Shown piece by piece: positions 60,384 through 64,000 of a DNA stretch of 64,000 nucleotides. Every line of letters begins with the position of its first letter. Within the stretch, counting starts at the first letter, position 1. The position numbers were made by a program, and so were the translations under genes. The notes under the pieces are model-generated. The model searched no databases. It saw only the letters and a program-made list of their open reading frames with translations, and was not told the DNA's origin. Source of the stretch: an uncultured delta proteobacterium (GTDB lineage: Bacteria; Desulfobacterota; RBG-13-43-22); assembly GCA_963843145.1 (NCBI GenBank), contig CAWJJC010000020.1, positions 480,001-544,000 of the forward strand, given 5' to 3'.

Positions 60384-61985
60384 ATGAAATTCATTCGAAT
60401 CCTGATCCTCTGGATTGTTAGCCTATTTCCAGCTTTTATAATAGTTCCTTCATCTCAAGCGGTCGATGCCGTGGTCGGGGGGGCCTGTACGGATACAGAA
60501 TTCAATACGGCTTTGAACACCGTTCAAAGCACGGGAGGCGGAACGATTACCTTCAACTGCGGCACGTCGCCGGTCATCATTACCGTAACCGGGGCCAAGC
60601 CCATCAGCAGCCAAACGACCATTGACGGTGGATCCCTGATCACTCTCAGCGGCGCGAATGCCTCTCGGGTTTTCTTGGTGAATCCGGGCATATCGCTAAC
60701 GTTAAATAACCTGACCGTCACCAAGGGTTTGAGCAGTAGCGATGACGGCGGTGCGATTCGTAACGAGGGTACACTGAACATTAATAACTGTAAATTCATC
60801 AACAACCAAACCGGCTCGGCGTGGAGCGGCGGAGCCATCGTCAGTTATGGACCGCTGAATATTGCCGATAGCGAATTCGCGAACAACTCGGCCGGGAACG
60901 GTGGCGCGCTTTACCCTCGCTACGCGCCTGCCGTAACCACCATTACCCGCAGTACTTTTCACGACAACGTGGCTATAAACACGACCAACGGCTGGGGCGG
61001 GGCGATCCTGGCCTGGGATGGCGCGCCGGTGACGATTGAGGGCAGCGACATCTTCAACAACAGTAGTGCTAATTTTGGGGGGGGTATCTACATCTCCCCC
61101 AATTCGTCGGTCACTTTCAACGGAAGCACGCTTCACGACAACACGGCCGGATTCACCGGCGGTGGTGTCTACAACAACAACGGCACGGCGACCCTGACCA
61201 ACGTCACTCTCAGCGGCAACTCGACCAGTCTGGGCAGCGGCGGCGGAATCGGCAACAATAATAACGGCACGGCGACCCTGACCAACGTCACCCTCAGCGG
61301 CAACTCGGTCTCTTTTGGCGGGGGCGGATTTTCCAACTTAAACAACGGCACGGCGACCCTGACCAACGTCACCCTCAGCGGCAACTCGGCCGGATACGCC
61401 GGCGGTGGTGTCTACAACAACAACGGCACGGCGACCCTGACCAACGTCACTCTCAGCGGCAACTCGGTCTCTTATCACGGCGGCGGATTCTACAACATAG
61501 ACGGCACGGCGACCCTGACCAACGTCACCCTCAGCGGCAACTCGGCCCCTTATGGCGGCGGTATCTACCAAATCGGTTCCCTCAGTGGCCAGATCGTGAA
61601 GCTGAAGAATTCCATCGTAGCCAACAGCCCTGAGGGTGGAAACTGTTTTCAAAGTCCAAGCAGTTCGACCAACATCACATCAAGCGGTTTCAATCTTTCC
61701 AGCGACAACTCCTGCACGTCATATTTCACTCAAGCCGGCGATCAAAATAACAAACCCGCGCAGCTCGGTCCTTTGGCGAACAACGGCGGATTTACGCTGA
61801 CGCATCTGCCGCTGCCCCCCATCGCAGGAGGCACCGGTCCGATTGATAATGGCTCTTGCCTGGTCGGGTCATTTGACCAGCGCGGCGTGATGCGCCCTCA
61901 AGGATCTGCATGTGATATCGGCGCGGTGGAGTACCGCCAGGGGGAGCTAACACCGTGGTTGTACCTACCGCTGATCGAGAGATAG
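60384..61985 (+). CDS. Secreted Pmp-repeat/beta-helix (choice-of-anchor Q-like) protein 3
   Basis: GGAGG RBS, signal peptide, five GTATLTNVTLSGNS repeats, CDIGAVEY, C-terminus LYLPLIER. Confidence 0.88.
   Translation: MKFIRILILWIVSLFPAFIIVPSSQAVDAVVGGACTDTEFNTALNTVQSTGGGTITFNCGTSPVIITVTGAKPISSQTTIDGGSLITLSGANASRVFLVNPGISLTLNNLTVTKGLSSSDDGGAIRNEGTLNINNCKFINNQTGSAWSGGAIVSYGPLNIADSEFANNSAGNGGALYPRYAPAVTTITRSTFHDNVAINTTNGWGGAILAWDGAPVTIEGSDIFNNSSANFGGGIYISPNSSVTFNGSTLHDNTAGFTGGGVYNNNGTATLTNVTLSGNSTSLGSGGGIGNNNNGTATLTNVTLSGNSVSFGGGGFSNLNNGTATLTNVTLSGNSAGYAGGGVYNNNGTATLTNVTLSGNSVSYHGGGFYNIDGTATLTNVTLSGNSAPYGGGIYQIGSLSGQIVKLKNSIVANSPEGGNCFQSPSSSTNITSSGFNLSSDNSCTSYFTQAGDQNNKPAQLGPLANNGGFTLTHLPLPPIAGGTGPIDNGSCLVGSFDQRGVMRPQGSACDIGAVEYRQGELTPWLYLPLIER
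61181..61544 (+). repeat. Five near-identical 43-bp in-frame coding repeats
   Basis: CGGCACGGCGACCCTGACCAACGTCAC(T/C)CTCAGCGGCAACTCG at 61181, 61265, 61346, 61424 and 61502. Confidence 0.9.
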
Positions 61986-62341
61986 AAATCCGTTTTCTTT
62001 TTAGCACATGAAGAAAATATTCCGAGTCCCCCCAAGGGGTACCAATTTGAAGCCTGCCCCGTGTTTTACTGCTGGTTAGCCGGTTTGGCTGAACACCTTC
62101 AATCGGTAATCCTTTATTCTTCAAGCTTATGGTGTTCAACAGTAGTAGGTGAAAGCACCTCCTATTGAACAAAACCCTCCACGAAAAATTCGAGGCCAGG
62201 AATGGAGCGGTCCGGTAATAATCCTGGGGACAGTTCCCCACCCAACAAAAGGGCGTCGTACAGGTCCGGATTGATCTCTTTGGTCAGACGCCGGGGAGCG
62301 CGGAGCCAGACCGGAATGCTCTTCTCGCTAAGAGAAGCTAT

Positions 62342-63183
62342 TTAAGATCCCTCCTCCAGCGGTCGGTCATCGAAAACCACCTGTTCAGCGCCGTTGTACA
62401 CCAGGAAGCGTTTGCCTCGGGCCCGGGCGATGATCGTCATGTTCAGGCCTTGGGCCAGTTCCAGACCCATATGGGTGACGCCCGATCGGGACAGGAGCAC
62501 GGGGATACGCATGATCGCGGCCTTCATCACAATCTCCGAGGTCAGGCGTCCGGTGGTATACAGGATCTTGTCCTCCCCCGGGATCCGTTCCAGCCACATC
62601 CGCCCGGAGATGGCGTCGGCGGCATTGTGGCGACCCACATCTTCGAAAAACAGCAGCACCCGGTCCTCCCGGCACAGTCCGCAGCCGTGCACCGATCCGG
62701 CCTGTTTGTAGAGGACGTCACTTTGAGAAACCGCCTTCTTCAAACCATAGAGATGAGATTGGCGCACGGCTAAGGGGGGAGGCGCAGTTCCAGTATCTTG
62801 TCCAGGGTGCAACTGAAGATAGTCCCCTGACCGCAGCCTGTGGTTACCGTCATCTTCGAGATTTTTTCTTTCAGTTCGGATATGCCCTGACCGTGGGTGG
62901 TCCGCAGGAGGGCGATTTCCTTCTCCCAGTCCACGGTCACCGAAGCGATCTCTTCAATCCGCTCAACCAATCGCTGATTGCGTAGGTACCCTAGGGCCAG
63001 TTCCTCCGGATGGGTGCCCAGGGTCATCAGGGTGACGATTTCCTGTCCGTCGATTTTTAGGGTCAGCGGCGTCTCTCCGGGGACCCAGATTTCCCGCCGT
63101 TCCCCCAAATGATTGACCACCGTGGCCCGATGAACCGGCGAGCGGCCGGCCTGCGTCATCTGAGGGCGGTAACTAGCCGTCAA
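62342..63183 (-). CDS. fdhD: Formate dehydrogenase accessory sulfurtransferase FdhD, split by one missing C in a homopolymer near 62775
   Basis: [44 protein letters not shown]. Confidence 0.85.
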
Positions 63184-64000
63184 GGTCTGATCTCCACCTT
63201 GCCAGCCAAAAAACGCTTCACCTCTCCGATCGGCACCTCCTGGCGGTGAAAAATTCCGGCGGCCAGGGCCGACTCAACCTCCGTCCGGGTGAAAACCTCC
63301 AGGAAGTGTTCGGCGCTGCCGGCGCCGCTGGAGGCGATGACCGGAATGGTCACCGCCGCCTTTACGGCGTTGATCAATTCCAGGTCGAAACCCCGGTTGG
63401 TCCCGTCCCGGTCGATGCAGTTGAGCAGGATCTCCCCGGCCCCCAGCTTTTCGCAGACCTGGGCCAAGGTGACCGCGTCCACCTCCCGGCCCTCACGGCC
63501 GCCCTTGATGGTGCACTGGTACCAGCAGTAACGCTCACCCCCGGGGCCTGGAAAGGCCGTCTCGATCACCGGGTGCTTCGTTTCCTCCGGGCCCTTCACG
63601 TAGACCCGTCGTGGGTCGATGGAAATGACTACCGCTTGGTTGCCGTAGACCCGGGAGATCTCTTCGATGGAACTCTTCCCGCCGGCCCGGCCGGCGGCCA
63701 GATATTCCTCGACGATCAGGACGGCGTCGCTGCCGATGGAGACTTTATCGGCCCCGGAACGGAAATACCGGGAAGCCACCTCCAGAGCGGAATACCGCCG
63801 GCCCTGCCGATCAATGTAGTCCCGTATCCCCCCGCCGATGGTCAGCGGAACAAAGACGTTTTCCGAGGTCCGCTCCAAAACCTCCAGCAGGGGCAGGTCT
63901 TCCAGAGGGAAATCCCGAAAGCCGGTGATGTTCAGAAAAGTGATCTCATCGGCCCCTTCCCGGTAATATCGCCGGGCCAGATCCACCGGCCGGCCCAGGT
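63180..64000 (-). CDS. hisF: Imidazole glycerol phosphate synthase cyclase domain (HisF, bifunctional HisHF-type); 5' part outside the window
   Basis: [62 protein letters not shown]. Confidence 0.93.
   Translation of the reverse strand, partial: LGRPVDLARRYYREGADEITFLNITGFRDFPLEDLPLLEVLERTSENVFVPLTIGGGIRDYIDRQGRRYSALEVASRYFRSGADKVSIGSDAVLIVEEYLAAGRAGGKSSIEEISRVYGNQAVVISIDPRRVYVKGPEETKHPVIETAFPGPGGERYCWYQCTIKGGREGREVDAVTLAQVCEKLGAGEILLNCIDRDGTNRGFDLELINAVKAAVTIPVIASSGAGSAEHFLEVFTRTEVESALAAGIFHRQEVPIGEVKRFLAGKVEIRP

Noticed and set aside
61181-61544. CRISPR-like pattern of 43-bp repeats with 35-41-bp spacers
   Set aside because: All periods are multiples of 3, the repeats are in frame within a protein, the spacers resemble each other (GGG-x-x-N), and there are no cas genes.
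55135-62153. Integron, shufflon or diversity-generating retroelement
   Set aside because: No attC-like palindromes or obvious IntI-specific insert, all genes and motifs are direct rather than inverted, and there is no reverse transcriptase or adenine-specific TR/VR pair.
62334-62343. GAAGCTATTT as an inverted terminal repeat matching the start of motif A
   Set aside because: It is only 10 bp, overlaps the fdhD stop and has no target duplication, so it could be chance.
62760-62790. Programmed frameshift or phase variation in fdhD
   Set aside because: The C-run is short and other single-base lesions occur nearby, so a homopolymer sequencing error is the simpler explanation.

Overview
GC-rich bacterial chromosome segment. 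Gene content suggests a deltaproteobacterium/Desulfobacterota (inference). Five blocks. (1) 1-18.2 kb: acetate/propionate uptake and activation locus with an SLC5-STAC-PAS histidine kinase, two sigma-54 activators (one apparently dead, one CbrB-like), a sigma-54 promoter driving a ~120-nt terminated transcript, two cNMP-CBS-DUF294 proteins, a DEDDh exonuclease, DUF4212-actP, an acs relic, acs and prpE. (2) 18.5-34.7 kb: trehalose/alpha-glucan GlgE-pathway cluster. (3) 36.4-55 kb: hdrCBA facing a sigma-54-type operon metF'-hdrL(Sec)-mvhD(Sec)-metV-metF, with two-component genes and a divergent AroE-like gene. (4) 55.1-62.2 kb: island of three secreted beta-helix proteins ending in LYLPLIx(R/K), with a tyrosine recombinase and spacing-conserved flanking motifs. 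(5) fdhD and the 3' part of a HisHF-type gene. No rRNA, tRNA or CRISPR array was seen. Several single-base frameshifts may be sequencing errors. All assignments come from motif recognition by eye, with no database searches.
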